DNA from: Octopus bimaculoides | Taxonomy: Eukaryota | Direction of reading: 5' to 3' | Length of the DNA stretch: 33,662 nt | Assembly (NCBI RefSeq): GCF_001194135.2 | Contig: NC_068981.1 | Span: 61,693,730 to 61,727,391, forward strand | In this document: in pieces, positions 33,576 through 33,662 of the stretch | Position numbering within the stretch: the stretch's first letter is position 1 | Layout: each line of letters opens with the position of its first letter | Translations under genes and position numbers: made by a program | The notes under the pieces: model-generated | Databases searched by the model: none | The model's input: the letters and a program-made list of their open reading frames with translations, nothing else | What the model was told of the DNA's origin: nothing

Positions 33576-33662
33576 CTTCTATTTATAAGTGTTCTAAAAT
33601 CTTTCACAGCCTTGGATTTTTATCTCATTCTGAAAAAAAAAAACATTTATATATATATATAT

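Larger units (their letters stand above)
33142..33662. mobile_element. ~520 bp element with ~115-150 bp inverted ends carrying hammerhead motifs, flanked by TA runs (Penelope-like terminal-repeat derivative)
   Basis: 33167-33282 is the reverse complement of 33515-33629 with about 10 differences by hand count; no ORF. Confidence 0.75.

Overview
AT-rich, repeat-dominated eukaryotic genomic DNA with six assembly gaps (N runs), each starting or ending in or next to a simple repeat or interspersed repeat. I find no host protein-coding gene, rRNA, tRNA gene or CRISPR array; most tracked ORFs are microsatellite or N-run artefacts. The SINE and LINE families look like those I associate with Octopus (cephalopod) genomes, which is an inference. 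Recognisable content: two CR1/L2-group LINE reverse-transcriptase copies; a ~4 kb head-to-tail array of R4/Dong-like restriction-like-endonuclease (RLE) retrotransposon fragments separated by (AAT)n tracts, plus one more copy at 20.5 kb; a HERO/NeSL-like RLE remnant; a DD37D-type Tc1/mariner transposase remnant fused to a Helitron helicase remnant; tRNA-type SINEs, one family sharing its 3' tail with the CR1-group LINE; a Penelope-like element with a GIY-YIG endonuclease; several hammerhead-ribozyme motifs; and several foldback or inverted-repeat elements. The most interesting items are the ~520 bp inverted-end element carrying a variant hammerhead at 33.1-33.66 kb, the (TAA)n-associated retrotransposon array, and the SINE/LINE tail pair. 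All alignments were done by eye and boundaries are approximate.
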